Positions 9,793 to 19,078 are shown, numbered from the stretch's first letter. The stretch is 56,430 bases of DNA from Candidatus Omnitrophota bacterium (GCA_023134705.1 JAGLUN010000011.1:1-56430), one strand, 5' to 3'. Numbers and translations: made by a program. The notes: a model not told the origin generated them from the letters alone.

Positions 9793-11109
9793 TTATACTT
9801 TCCTAAAGGGTAAAAAACGCGGCAATTTCATACTTTCCAAAACTACATCCTCCATAGACATATACTGCCAGCCCCCAAAGCGGCCTAAAGGAAAAATATT
9901 ACAAGAATTCAAAAATTTTAAGATATTTGAGCGAGCCGTTTCCCAACTACAATCATACATAGGATAAGCATATTTTATATCATTAATAGTTTTTGCCTCG
10001 ATTACATCCTCTTTAGTAAGTATTCGCGCTTTTATTAAATCTTTTATTATTCTACCAGTGATATTTTTTCTATTTAACGGTTTTTCCTTAGAATAAGAAG
10101 TCTCTATATACAGGGAGCTTTTACCATAGGAACCCGCAGAAGAAGAGAAATTGTGATAAAAACCTACTCTAAAAAATTTAAATTCGTTCTCGGGGAAATA
10201 TATCCAGTGCCAGCCCGGCTTAATAGCTCTTCTTATCCCCAGGTTAAGATTAAATATGGAAACCCATTTTAGGTTTTTAAATTCTCTTAGAGTACATTTA
10301 GGTATTTTAGTTATAATTTTTGATAGTTCCGGCAGAGGTATGGTAGAAATCAAAATATCATACTTTTCTTTAGCACCGTTTTTAAACCTTATTTGTTTAG
10401 CAACAGGATCGATTTCTACGGCTTCATGCTCAGTCGAAATATCTTCTATGTAAGGCAGGAAGGACTTAATTAATTCTTCTATCCCTCCATTTTCGGGATA
10501 CCAAAAGAAAGAATGATATCCTAAATTCCGCTTACTTTCTTCGATTGTCCCTTCTATCACCTGCCGAAGAGTTGGAATGACTACAAATCCATCAACCCAT
10601 TTATAAGACAAATTATCTAAAGAAGTTGTCCAAAATTTATTGTTATAAGGAAGCATAAAGTATTTTGTTATGCCGTCGCCGAAATTTTTATAACACCACT
10701 GCAAAAAATTATTTGGCGAAGTGTTTTTTGCTCCGTCGGTGTGGACTTTTATAAAATCAACAAGACATTTCTTTACAATAGAATGAGGCAACCCATAAAG
10801 ATTCACTTGAAAGGGATAGCGAGTAAATTTCTTGAAAGAATATATCTTAGCATCTCTTTTATGCTCTGCTAAATTATCCTTTAGCAAACCTTTGATGAAA
10901 GAAAGAGTATGTTTGTGCCTAAAATGCAAAAGATGCCCGCAGTAGTCAAAAGTAAATCCATTTACCGCTGTTGATTTACACAAACCACCGGCTCTCGGCT
11001 CCTTTTCAAATATCCGGCATTTCATGCCCAATTTTCTTAAAGAATATGCCGCGGAAATGCCCGAAAGCCCTGCGCCTAAAATTATAATTTTTGAGCTGGA
11101 ATTTCTCAT
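9793..11109 (-). CDS. FAD/NAD(P)-binding oxidoreductase (amine-oxidase / UDP-galactopyranose-mutase-like fold)
   Basis: KIIILGAGLSGISAAYSLRKLGMKCRIFEKEPRAGG is a GxGxxG dinucleotide-binding fold, and GRFGGWQY lies near the C-terminus. The track ORF extends to 11358, but those 83 extra codons fall in the duplicated leader element, so I chose the ATG at 11107-11109 (MRNSSSKIIILGAG). Confidence 0.75.
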   Translation of the reverse strand: MRNSSSKIIILGAGLSGISAAYSLRKLGMKCRIFEKEPRAGGLCKSTAVNGFTFDYCGHLLHFRHKHTLSFIKGLLKDNLAEHKRDAKIYSFKKFTRYPFQVNLYGLPHSIVKKCLVDFIKVHTDGAKNTSPNNFLQWCYKNFGDGITKYFMLPYNNKFWTTSLDNLSYKWVDGFVVIPTLRQVIEGTIEESKRNLGYHSFFWYPENGGIEELIKSFLPYIEDISTEHEAVEIDPVAKQIRFKNGAKEKYDILISTIPLPELSKIITKIPKCTLREFKNLKWVSIFNLNLGIRRAIKPGWHWIYFPENEFKFFRVGFYHNFSSSAGSYGKSSLYIETSYSKEKPLNRKNITGRIIKDLIKARILTKEDVIEAKTINDIKYAYPMYDCSWETARSNILKFLNSCNIFPLGRFGGWQYMSMEDVVLESMKLPRFLPFRKV

Positions 11110-11132
11110 AAGAAATACCTTTAACCCAAATA

Positions 11133-11430
11133 ATGCAGTAAGCATTATTTGCCTAAATACCCTAACGGGTAGGTTTCGCACGGGCCGAACCCAAATTTCC
11201 CTGCCGAAGGCGTGAAAAATTTGGAAAGGCCGGGGTAACCGGGGGAAATGCCAGGTATTTTTTTGTACAACTACCTTTTGTCCTAATTCTTTATCTTGCC
11301 GAATGTTATAAGCTTTCCCACCGGGGGTGGATCCTTCGGAATGCCTCTGCAAAGGCATTTTCCCGATTAAGGTTCTTATATTATATCAAATTTTCTTATG
11401 TAGTGCGAATCTATTTTCAAATGGAAAATT
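11133..11430 (-). promoter_or_regulatory. Duplicated promoter + long 5' leader element, copy 1 (upstream of the oxidoreductase-Wzm-Wzt operon)
   Basis: About 300 nt are near-identical to 25620-25945. On the minus strand there is an extended -10 TGATATAAT (11380-11388), an ATTTTC-N5-GAAAAT palindrome (11413-11429), and hairpins AUGCCU/AGGCAU and CCAAAUUU/AAAUUUGG (11191-11224). Confidence 0.6.
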
Positions 11431-11675
11431 ACCTGCAGCGCGGGGATACATATAAGGATGGGATTATCGGCAATGATGAGGAAAATATAAGCAATAAGAG
11501 TTATTTTTCCAGAAAACAAAAGAAAGCTTTAAAACAGATTTCAACGAAAATTTGAAAATACCGATTTTTTCAGTAGACCCTAACCATGAGGAAAGACGGG
11601 GAATGCTATATTAAAATCAAAAGAGACAAATTGCTATTTGGAAGTTATTTTAACTTTCTTAAATTGTCACATTCT

Positions 11676-12986
11676 TTATATAGAATACGTATATAATTCC
11701 CACGCCTCCTTGGAAAATCTTTTTTTAGGGGCAATGCGTATATAATTAGCCCGTTTTTCTATTATCCCCTTCTTTTTCCACTCTTCCAATATTTTAATGT
11801 TTTGTTCCTCCGTTTCTTTCACCTGTTCCTTTTTTCGAATTCCCTCTAAATTTTTACAAAAATCAAGTGCTAGCCTTGGGGTTTTTAATAGTTTTTCTAT
11901 GTTACAGTTGTATCTTTTGTTAAAATAGGGTATACAAATTCCTTCCGGAAAAAGAATAAGCCTGCGAATTCCTATTAATGGGTTATCGAACGTATCTTTA
12001 TCAAATAACGTGTCCGAATAAGAATCGGCAATATAGGATTTAATATTTGAAGGATTTACGCCTACCCAACTTGCTGCTCCTGCGCCAACTCCGATATAAG
12101 GAATATTAAAAAAGTAGATTAATTCCGTCACGGATTCTTTGCCTTTTTTCGAAAAATATTTATGGAAATAATTATTATACCCATTCTCTTCTATAAACTT
12201 GTGTGAAAACCGAGCCCAACGAATGTTTCTCTCTATATTTTTCTCCATATTTTCCCGCTCGATACTAAATAAAAATCTTTTTGGCGGCAACAACGGAGAA
12301 GGAGATATATGTTCTGGATTAAGGCTAACCGCTGTTTCAAGGTCTTTTTTAAAATCGATGAAAGACTGAAAAGGGATTCCATATAATAAATCAATATTGA
12401 CATTTTTAAATCCCGCGGAGCGAATCCAATCATAAGAGGTATAAAATTGTTTTACTGAATGTCTACGATTTAATCTAGCCAAGATCTGTTGATTAAATGT
12501 CTGGGCGCCGATACTAATTCGATTAAATCCTATCGACATTAGCCCTTTTAGTTTCGCAGGAGATAGGGAATCAGGCGTTGCTTCTATACTTATATCTTTT
12601 ATCTTGCCAATCTTCTGATTAAAAAACTTAAGGATTAAAGAAAGAATTTCGTGTAATTCCTCAACCGTTAGCAGAGTGGGAGTGCCTCCTCCGAAATTGA
12701 TTGCTTTTAAAGCTACCGTATGTTTCGTTGTAAAGTAAAGACTTTTTATCGCAAGCTCCTTCTTGAGAGCCTTTATATATGAATTTTTAAGTTTTTTAAT
12801 CAATAACAAATCGGAACCAAAAGGCATAGAAAAACAGCAGAAATGACATTTGGATTTACAAAAAGGTATATTAACGTAAACTAGCGATATGTTCCTGAGG
12901 TATTTAACATGTTCTTTAAAAGATATGGCGGGGCTATGGATTCTTCTTTCCTTGCTAATTTCGAAATCTCTCAAATCTTCTACCAT
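11676..12986 (-). CDS. HemN/HemW-like (class C-type) radical SAM protein
   Basis: 436 aa with VNIPFCKSKCHFCCF (CxxxCxxC) and NFGGGTPTLL, both typical of the coproporphyrinogen-III-oxidase-like radical SAM family. Confidence 0.75.
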   Translation of the reverse strand: MVEDLRDFEISKERRIHSPAISFKEHVKYLRNISLVYVNIPFCKSKCHFCCFSMPFGSDLLLIKKLKNSYIKALKKELAIKSLYFTTKHTVALKAINFGGGTPTLLTVEELHEILSLILKFFNQKIGKIKDISIEATPDSLSPAKLKGLMSIGFNRISIGAQTFNQQILARLNRRHSVKQFYTSYDWIRSAGFKNVNIDLLYGIPFQSFIDFKKDLETAVSLNPEHISPSPLLPPKRFLFSIERENMEKNIERNIRWARFSHKFIEENGYNNYFHKYFSKKGKESVTELIYFFNIPYIGVGAGAASWVGVNPSNIKSYIADSYSDTLFDKDTFDNPLIGIRRLILFPEGICIPYFNKRYNCNIEKLLKTPRLALDFCKNLEGIRKKEQVKETEEQNIKILEEWKKKGIIEKRANYIRIAPKKRFSKEAWELYTYSI

Positions 12987-13423
12987 TTATCCGGGAAAGA
13001 CTTAAACTATTACAATAAACTCCTCAAAGAAAAATATGCTAAACTTAGTTGAAATCGAGTAAGTTCTCCCTGTAAAATGAAACTAATAAATTCCTTTTAC
13101 CAACATAAGAAGGAAACCTTGCGAAAAGTTTATCACGGAAGCGAAGAAAATAGAAGACAAAAGTTGCGGAAGTTTGTGCTAAGAATTTTGTAAGGCCCTT
13201 TCGTTATATTGATATTTCTACGGGGAAATTAAAGAATATCCTCGCGAGAATACTTTTTATATCTTGGGAAATAGAGGAAAGACAGTCAGTTTTATAAACA
13301 AAAGCAATGCATTCTGTATAAAGCCTGGAGGTAACCCGTGAGAAACCTAAAGAAGATACTATTATTGCTATAAAAAAGAAAATGTGGTAAATTATTTGAA
13401 ACTTTACAACAGATAATACGAAC

Positions 13424-14149
13424 ATGGCTCCTATAAAAAAACTGATTCAAAAGACTTCCTCAATATTTCTAAAAAACAAACTCTGGAATCTAACAACCAC
13501 TCCGGAATATAATTACGACAAAAGATTCCTATATAGGCTTCAAATAATTGATAATATTTTGCTCAATAAAGCTTATGGGGATGTGATAGAAATTGGCTGC
13601 GGAGATGGACGGTTTCTTAGTAAATTAGAATCCATTAAAGGAATAAACTCTGCATGGGGAATCAATATATCCATAAAGGGAATAAAAACGGCCCGAAAAA
13701 AAGGACTAAATGTAATAAGAGCTGATGGCGAACGGCTGCCTTTTAAGGATGAAACTTTCGATACAGTAATGAGCGCGAATGGCGCTCCCGTAGCAATGAA
13801 ATGGGAATTGTTATTACCAGAAGTTTACAGAATTCTCAAACCAGGCGGGTATTTCGCTTTTCATACTTACAACAAATTCCCTATAGAAAAAATAATTAAG
13901 AATAAAATAATGTGTTTCTTGAAAATTGCTAATGCCCCATTTTTGATTAACGGTGGAGTTAAAAACATAAAAAAATTTAAAGCTATCTGTTTAAAATTCG
14001 GCTTCGAAGTTATTTCACTGCATACTCTTCTCCCTCTCCCATTTTTCCCTTACGGGATATTATTGAAAGGAAGTTCCTTCAGCCAAATTCATGTGAATCT
14101 TATTGGAATCCTTAGAAAAAAACAGGCCAAAACTAAGTCACCGCAATAA
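13424..14149 (+). CDS. Class I SAM-dependent methyltransferase
   Basis: VIEIGCGDGRF (motif I), followed by FDTVMS and LKPGGYF motifs. Confidence 0.75.
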   Translation: MAPIKKLIQKTSSIFLKNKLWNLTTTPEYNYDKRFLYRLQIIDNILLNKAYGDVIEIGCGDGRFLSKLESIKGINSAWGINISIKGIKTARKKGLNVIRADGERLPFKDETFDTVMSANGAPVAMKWELLLPEVYRILKPGGYFAFHTYNKFPIEKIIKNKIMCFLKIANAPFLINGGVKNIKKFKAICLKFGFEVISLHTLLPLPFFPYGILLKGSSFSQIHVNLIGILRKKQAKTKSPQ

Positions 14150-14629
14150 AAATATCCAGAAGAACTTATCAAAAAGATTGGCCAACCTATCTATTTTTTC
14201 TCCCGGAAAGATACTTTTTCTTATTAAATATATAAACAAGTAGCTGTAATTTATAATTTTTATATTTCTACACTTTGGCTTCTGCCATTTCTCCTTATTT
14301 ACCTTTTGTCCCTTATTATCAGATACCGCTGTTACTTTACCGATCAAATCTTTGCCTTCAAACATTCCTCCTACCAAAGCATTGTCACCTTTATGCAAAA
14401 AATACGTTTTATTCAAAAATTTCATTCTTCCAACAATTCTATGGCAAGTAAGAATGTTTTGACCAAAGCCGACAATATCTCCGATTTCTACATCATTTTC
14501 AGTTACCGGCTGCATTTTCACCATCCATCCGTGTTTAAGCACTGGATACATACTTATCCCCGAAATAACTTCCCAGCCTCCTTTGGCCGTCAAATAAAAA
14601 TTATACATCTCATTCTTTTTGTCCATCAT
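14138..14629 (-). CDS. S24/S26-family serine peptidase-like protein (signal-peptidase I / SipW-like)
   Basis: GISMYPVL (Ser nucleophile motif), IGDIVGF, CHRIVG and KGDN boxes. It overlaps the upstream rSAM/SPASM gene by 20 nt. A paralog lies at 39666-40175. Confidence 0.6.
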   Translation of the reverse strand: MMDKKNEMYNFYLTAKGGWEVISGISMYPVLKHGWMVKMQPVTENDVEIGDIVGFGQNILTCHRIVGRMKFLNKTYFLHKGDNALVGGMFEGKDLIGKVTAVSDNKGQKVNKEKWQKPKCRNIKIINYSYLFIYLIRKSIFPGEKIDRLANLFDKFFWIFLLR

Positions 14630-15737
14630 TCACCTCAGAATAAATTTCTTTTCTAATCTTTGCCAAACGACAGGCCTCAGGCAATTTTGACAGAAATGAA
14701 CCTTGCTCTAAACGGGCAATTCCCGGACAATAAAAACAATAAGAAAGTAATTCACATTTTCTGCATTCAGATAAATCTTTTACCCGCAAAGATCTAATAT
14801 AATTAAGCTCTGGATGATATTGCCAGACATCCGATAAATTATGCCCATTTAAACAATTCTTTTTTAATCTAATTTGCGCGCAGGGATTTAATTCTCCAGA
14901 AGGAGTAATATTACAACCTGATCGCCCCGCTCCGCATAATATGTCGTTCTTCTTTACTTTTCCTGGTTTATATTCTTTTCCCACAGATCTAAACTCTTCC
15001 TTTTCTTCTTTAATATATTTCTTTAACTGTTCATCAGTCAATCTGTATTGTAAAGGTCTTTTGTTTCCGTCATCACAAGGAGAAACTAAAAAATTACCCC
15101 CGATCCCCCTCCATTTTACACCCAGTTCTTTCTTTACAAATCTCTTCAATTTCCAGACTTGGCTTACATTTTGTTTTGTTAATGTCATTTTAACTAAGAC
15201 TTCGACATTCCTTTCTCTTAATAACCTGATCGCCTTAACAGTTTTATCAAATGAATTTTTGACCCGAGTCATTTCCTCATGCATATCCTTAAATCCGCAT
15301 AAACTTATTTCGACAGAAATTGGCTTTAAATTTCCAAGTTTATCAGCAATGCTTTCATTTACAAGAGTCGCGTTTGTAAATATTCGCAAAGCAAATTTTA
15401 ATTTTCGCGCGTAATCAGCAATCTCAAAAAAATCTTTCCTTATCAAAGGTTCTCCTCCGGAAAATGTTAGATAAAAGCAGCCCGCTTCTTTTAATTGACG
15501 GAGGATACCAAAAACCTTCTCTTTCTCTAATTCTTTCTTTTTATTTTTAGTAATATAGCAGTATAAGCAATTCAAATTACATCTATAGGTAAGTTCAAAA
15601 AGACAATGCAGGGGGATCAATTTTTCAGCAGCGTTTTTAAGCAGATAAGTCTGGAGGTCAGCTTGCTTCATTTTTGCGGATTTTTTGGAGAATATAGATA
15701 TCTCAGAATTTAAGAAAAATGATGGAGGTGTAACCAC
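14610..15737 (-). CDS. Radical SAM/SPASM-domain peptide maturase (locus I)
   Basis: ELTYRCNLNCLYCY (CxxxCxxC), FSGGEPL, and a C-terminal SPASM pattern CGAGRSGCNITPSGELNPC...CRKCELLSYCFYCPG. The GTG at 15737 is probably too far upstream. ATG 15671 (MKQADL) would remove the overlap with the 46-aa ORF. Confidence 0.85.
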   Translation of the reverse strand: MVTPPSFFLNSEISIFSKKSAKMKQADLQTYLLKNAAEKLIPLHCLFELTYRCNLNCLYCYITKNKKKELEKEKVFGILRQLKEAGCFYLTFSGGEPLIRKDFFEIADYARKLKFALRIFTNATLVNESIADKLGNLKPISVEISLCGFKDMHEEMTRVKNSFDKTVKAIRLLRERNVEVLVKMTLTKQNVSQVWKLKRFVKKELGVKWRGIGGNFLVSPCDDGNKRPLQYRLTDEQLKKYIKEEKEEFRSVGKEYKPGKVKKNDILCGAGRSGCNITPSGELNPCAQIRLKKNCLNGHNLSDVWQYHPELNYIRSLRVKDLSECRKCELLSYCFYCPGIARLEQGSFLSKLPEACRLAKIRKEIYSEVNDGQKE

Positions 15738-15850
15738 CCACAGCCGCCACCTGTTTTATAACAAGCCACCATCCCTTTTCGTTCTTTTACTACTTCTTCT
15801 TTGAATTTTGGATCAATCCATTTCTTTCTCTTATTTCGCGCCTTTTTCAC
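15710..15850 (-). CDS. Candidate RiPP precursor peptide (46 aa, below the ORF-track cutoff)
   Basis: GTG start 8 nt after AAGGAG. Translation: MKKARNKRKKWIDPKFKEEVVKERKGMVACYKTGGGCGWLHLHHFS. It lies between the PqqD-like gene and the rSAM/SPASM gene. It has a basic N-terminus, a Cys/Gly-rich C-terminus and a C-terminal Ser like the other precursors here. Confidence 0.45.
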   Translation of the reverse strand: MKKARNKRKKWIDPKFKEEVVKERKGMVACYKTGGGCGWLHLHHFS

Positions 15851-15878
15851 CTTCCATTCTCCTTTAGTTTTAATATTA

Positions 15879-16175
15879 CTATGCAACCGTATATGTTATT
15901 AAACCCTTCTTTTCAAATTTATTCATCAACTTTGTGATTTTTTTACAAACATCCTCTTCTGAAACTTCATATTCACTTAAAAGCTTATCAATTACATCTT
16001 TTACCTTATTTTTTCCATCAATTAATTCCCAAATCATAGCTGCTGTTTCATTCAAAATCAATATTTTCTCTCTTTCGTCAGGAGCACCATCAAACTGTAA
16101 GATTACAACCTCCCTGTCTATCCGCCGCCAAGCAAGGTCTTCATTACTCTTAGGAATTTTGTTTAAATCTTTCAT
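15879..16175 (-). CDS. PqqD-family protein (RiPP recognition element)
   Basis: 98 aa. W.RIDREVVIL....ILILNETAAMIWELIDGKNKVKDVIDKLLSEYEV..EDV is the typical PqqD pattern. Confidence 0.8.
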   Translation of the reverse strand: MKDLNKIPKSNEDLAWRRIDREVVILQFDGAPDEREKILILNETAAMIWELIDGKNKVKDVIDKLLSEYEVSEEDVCKKITKLMNKFEKKGLITYTVA

Positions 16176-17067
16176 CTAAATACCCCCATATATCTAAATC
16201 CGGCCTAAATTCCAAAATATACGCATCTATATTATTTCCTGCGTCAAAAGCTATTTCAAACACTTTTTTAAAAGTCTTTTTATCTTCGTCTAAGTACATA
16301 CTATCTTCTAAAATTCGCAAAGCCATCTCTTTCTTATTCATTTTTCTGCCATAATTCCTATTAGCTTTCTTTAAGAAAAACACCTCCTTAACTTCTCCAA
16401 ATTCCGGAGAGGTCTGCGGCATTTTCCCATGCCAAGGATTACCAAAAACGATATATTTATCCTTAACTTTTCTTAAAATTATTCTTTCATCATTAAGAAC
16501 CGCGAAATTCTTTAAAAGCGCGAGTTTAGCCATCGTAGATTTACCTCCTCCCGATGGAGCGATACATACAAAAATCCTTTTATTTATCTTTATTGCCGAA
16601 GCGTGAAGAAAAATCCCTTTAAACTGCGGAAGGAGTAAAGTGTATAATAGGTCGGAGGACAAATGCGTAAAAACCTCTCGCCAATGCTCTTTACTCCAAA
16701 GCTTTATCTTTGAAAAATCGGAAGAGAATTCCATCAAAGAGTTTCTTGTGTGAAAAAAATGCAAATATCTCTTATTATTTCTTTCTCCATAATCCCATGC
16801 GTCTGTCTTTAAAAAAAAATTAACCTTAGAGGCTATCTGAGGATATTTTGATTTTACCTCTAGCAGAACTTCATAGTTATTATTTAACGGAATAATGAAA
16901 TCTTTATAATAATTTTGAAGGTTCTCTTTTATTCTTGAATCGTCTAAAACCCATTTTATTTTTAATTTCCCTAAATTTGTGATAAACGCGCTATTTTTTT
17001 TAAAACTACTCACTTTTTTTCCTGTCTGTCTTAAGACAAACTTCCGCCCTTTTGTTTTTTCTCCCAT
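16150..17067 (-). CDS. HPr-kinase-related P-loop kinase-like protein
   Basis: LHASAI...FVCIAPSGGGKSTMAKLAL P-loop, LNDERIILRK and GNPWHG. These match the 29097-30062 and 53949-54884 paralogs. Confidence 0.7.
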   Translation of the reverse strand: MGEKTKGRKFVLRQTGKKVSSFKKNSAFITNLGKLKIKWVLDDSRIKENLQNYYKDFIIPLNNNYEVLLEVKSKYPQIASKVNFFLKTDAWDYGERNNKRYLHFFHTRNSLMEFSSDFSKIKLWSKEHWREVFTHLSSDLLYTLLLPQFKGIFLHASAIKINKRIFVCIAPSGGGKSTMAKLALLKNFAVLNDERIILRKVKDKYIVFGNPWHGKMPQTSPEFGEVKEVFFLKKANRNYGRKMNKKEMALRILEDSMYLDEDKKTFKKVFEIAFDAGNNIDAYILEFRPDLDIWGYLDERFKQNS

Positions 17068-17156
17068 ATCGTTCTCTGTCTTATAGGCCTATAGAACAAT
17101 TGTTTTATAGTTTCTTATTTGCAATATATCACTTCCCAAAAAAATGTCAAAGGCAT

Positions 17157-18023
17157 TTAAATGGGGGGCTCGGGTTGATAAACTAATCGATCAATTCTCT
17201 TCTTAACTAATTCGCGCTTACCAGGAACTTTTCTATTTTCAAAAAACAACGTATTGCCCTTTTGGTATATTATGACTGGCATATTTTTGTTTCTCAATTC
17301 AAGGATATATTTTTTGCATTCTTTTTTACAAAAGGAAATGCCGCAAAAAAATCTTTTTTTCGCACGAAAAGGATTTGCTGAACAAAGACGAGTAGTAGTA
17401 ATATATCCATAAGGCACATATAAAGATACAGATAAGCTATGTTTGGGAATTCTAAGATTCATCCCTTGAAATAAATTATCTATTTCAACCCTCGAGATTC
17501 GATAACTTTTCAAAAAATTCCGGATAATAGGAACATTTATATTTGCCTCTTTGAAAAACGAAAGTAAGGTACCAGGACTTTTTTGTGGGAAAACAAAAAC
17601 ATATTCGTTACGCTTCTTGAAAAATGTGGTTCTTTGGGGCTTTGCCTGCATTAAATCCATTATCCGTGGATCCCTTTTTTGTTTAGTTAACAAGCGCCCT
17701 AAAACAGGTTGTAGCGTGTGATACTCCTCGTTTATTAAATCCAATATTCCATAGTCATTAATTATGATTTCACAATTTATCTTATTATTCCGCAACCACA
17801 AAAATAACTTCTCCAAATTCTCTATCCCCCTGCGTGTCACATAAGGCGTTACCAATGAAAAACTTAATTTATTTCTATCACAATAGCTCACAATTTTTCT
17901 TAATTCATTTAGTCGTGGGATTAATCTTTCGCAAAATTCACTCCCAAAATATAAACGCTTATATTTTGAAGTAACCAACTTTAAATTTGAGATATCAGCG
18001 ATAAATATAGCTTTTTCTATCAT
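17157..18023 (-). CDS. U32-family protein, UbiV-like
   Basis: YFGSEFCERLIP resembles the UbiV YLGE.VC.KR motif. A C-terminal Cys cluster, RLCSANPFRAKKRFFCGISFCKKEC, could bind 4Fe-4S. A 4-nt overlap with the upstream U32 gene suggests a pair. Confidence 0.6.
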   Translation of the reverse strand: MIEKAIFIADISNLKLVTSKYKRLYFGSEFCERLIPRLNELRKIVSYCDRNKLSFSLVTPYVTRRGIENLEKLFLWLRNNKINCEIIINDYGILDLINEEYHTLQPVLGRLLTKQKRDPRIMDLMQAKPQRTTFFKKRNEYVFVFPQKSPGTLLSFFKEANINVPIIRNFLKSYRISRVEIDNLFQGMNLRIPKHSLSVSLYVPYGYITTTRLCSANPFRAKKRFFCGISFCKKECKKYILELRNKNMPVIIYQKGNTLFFENRKVPGKRELVKKRIDRLVYQPEPPI

Positions 18024-19078
18024 TTATGTAATGTTTTATGGAAAACTGAGGGATAATAACAGGAAAAGCCAGAACATTTATCATATTTATAAGTGTCACA
18101 GTATAGCTTTTGAGTTTTTTTTATAAACTTTTCTTTTGTAGAATTATCTTCTTTCTTTAGAATATCTAAAACTGCTCGAATAAACTTTGTATCTCTGATT
18201 TTAGATTCTATTTTCGCGCCTCTCTCAACAATTTTAAGTCCTCTAATATTCATTTTATTGAAATCGAATATAGCGCAGGCGCCGCATTCTTTCCGATTTT
18301 CTCTATCATGTTTTATTTTTTTAGTGCCGGACGGGGTTTGTCTTGTTATTCTTTTGCCTCGATTATCGAATATCCTTTTTGAATACCTTAAGACACAAGC
18401 GCATCCTCCATGACTTCCAGCATAAAATTTGGTGAATTTTATCTTTTTATTTTTGAGATCGATTTCCGGAGCAATCGCCTTTTTGTCAAAAGACATTCCA
18501 TGGTAAAAGGTGCAAAACCCATCGACATTCGGACATAATGTATTAAGGATAAAAACCTCCAGATGTACCTTACCCGAAATTCTTCGTGAAATATCCTCAA
18601 TTTCGTTTATTGTTAAATGACGCGGCAAAATTATACGAGAAGCGCCAAATTTTTTGTAGAAAATAGCTGTTTTTGAATTAAAGGTTGTTCCTCCAGCCCC
18701 TATATGGATTTCTTTAAAAATTTTCATCCTTTGTAACATCAGCAATAAACCTATATCCGCTATAATGAGGCCATCCGCTTTTACGTCCTTCAGTTTCTTA
18801 ATTATCTTTCGAATTAAAGGGTATTGCTGCTGCACGTATAATCCATTCATTGTCACAAACACCCGTACATTTTCTCTATGCGCAAGTTGTATCGCATATT
18901 GCAAATCTGAAAATTTGGAAAAATTAGCGGCATAACCTTCCCTTCTGTTGAGCGTATCAAACGCACTATACCTATTCTCCCATTCTTCAGGTATAATCCC
19001 GCAATAAAGCTCATCTGCTCCTGCCTCTATGAGAGGCATCACTTCTTCCTTCTTTGAAAATGGGGATAGGATTTTCAT
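18020..19078 (-). CDS. U32-family protein, UbiU-like
   Basis: The MKILSPF...IEAGADELYCG N-terminus, VFVTMN, ADGLIIADIGLL, LKIVERGAK and Cys motifs CPNVDGFC / GGCAC / CGAC are typical of peptidase-U32 family members. Confidence 0.7.
   Translation of the reverse strand: MKILSPFSKKEEVMPLIEAGADELYCGIIPEEWENRYSAFDTLNRREGYAANFSKFSDLQYAIQLAHRENVRVFVTMNGLYVQQQYPLIRKIIKKLKDVKADGLIIADIGLLLMLQRMKIFKEIHIGAGGTTFNSKTAIFYKKFGASRIILPRHLTINEIEDISRRISGKVHLEVFILNTLCPNVDGFCTFYHGMSFDKKAIAPEIDLKNKKIKFTKFYAGSHGGCACVLRYSKRIFDNRGKRITRQTPSGTKKIKHDRENRKECGACAIFDFNKMNIRGLKIVERGAKIESKIRDTKFIRAVLDILKKEDNSTKEKFIKKTQKLYCDTYKYDKCSGFSCYYPSVFHKTLHK

Noticed and set aside
11110-11358. 83-codon N-terminal extension of the oxidoreductase ORF
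   Set aside because: The extension coincides with the duplicated leader element. In the second copy the same frame terminates after 48 codons. The GxGxxG fold begins right after the internal ATG at 11109.
11133-11430. Assigning the duplicated leader to a known riboswitch class (cobalamin, SAM, c-di-GMP, TPP, ZTP, fluoride, guanidine)
   Set aside because: I could not find the conserved core sequences of any of these classes by eye. I left it as an unclassified structured leader pending an Infernal search.
13204-13425. 73-aa minus-strand ORF upstream of the methyltransferase
   Set aside because: It is hydrophobic and low-complexity, has no SD, and lies in a divergent promoter region overlapping the plus-strand start. 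It is probably not a gene.
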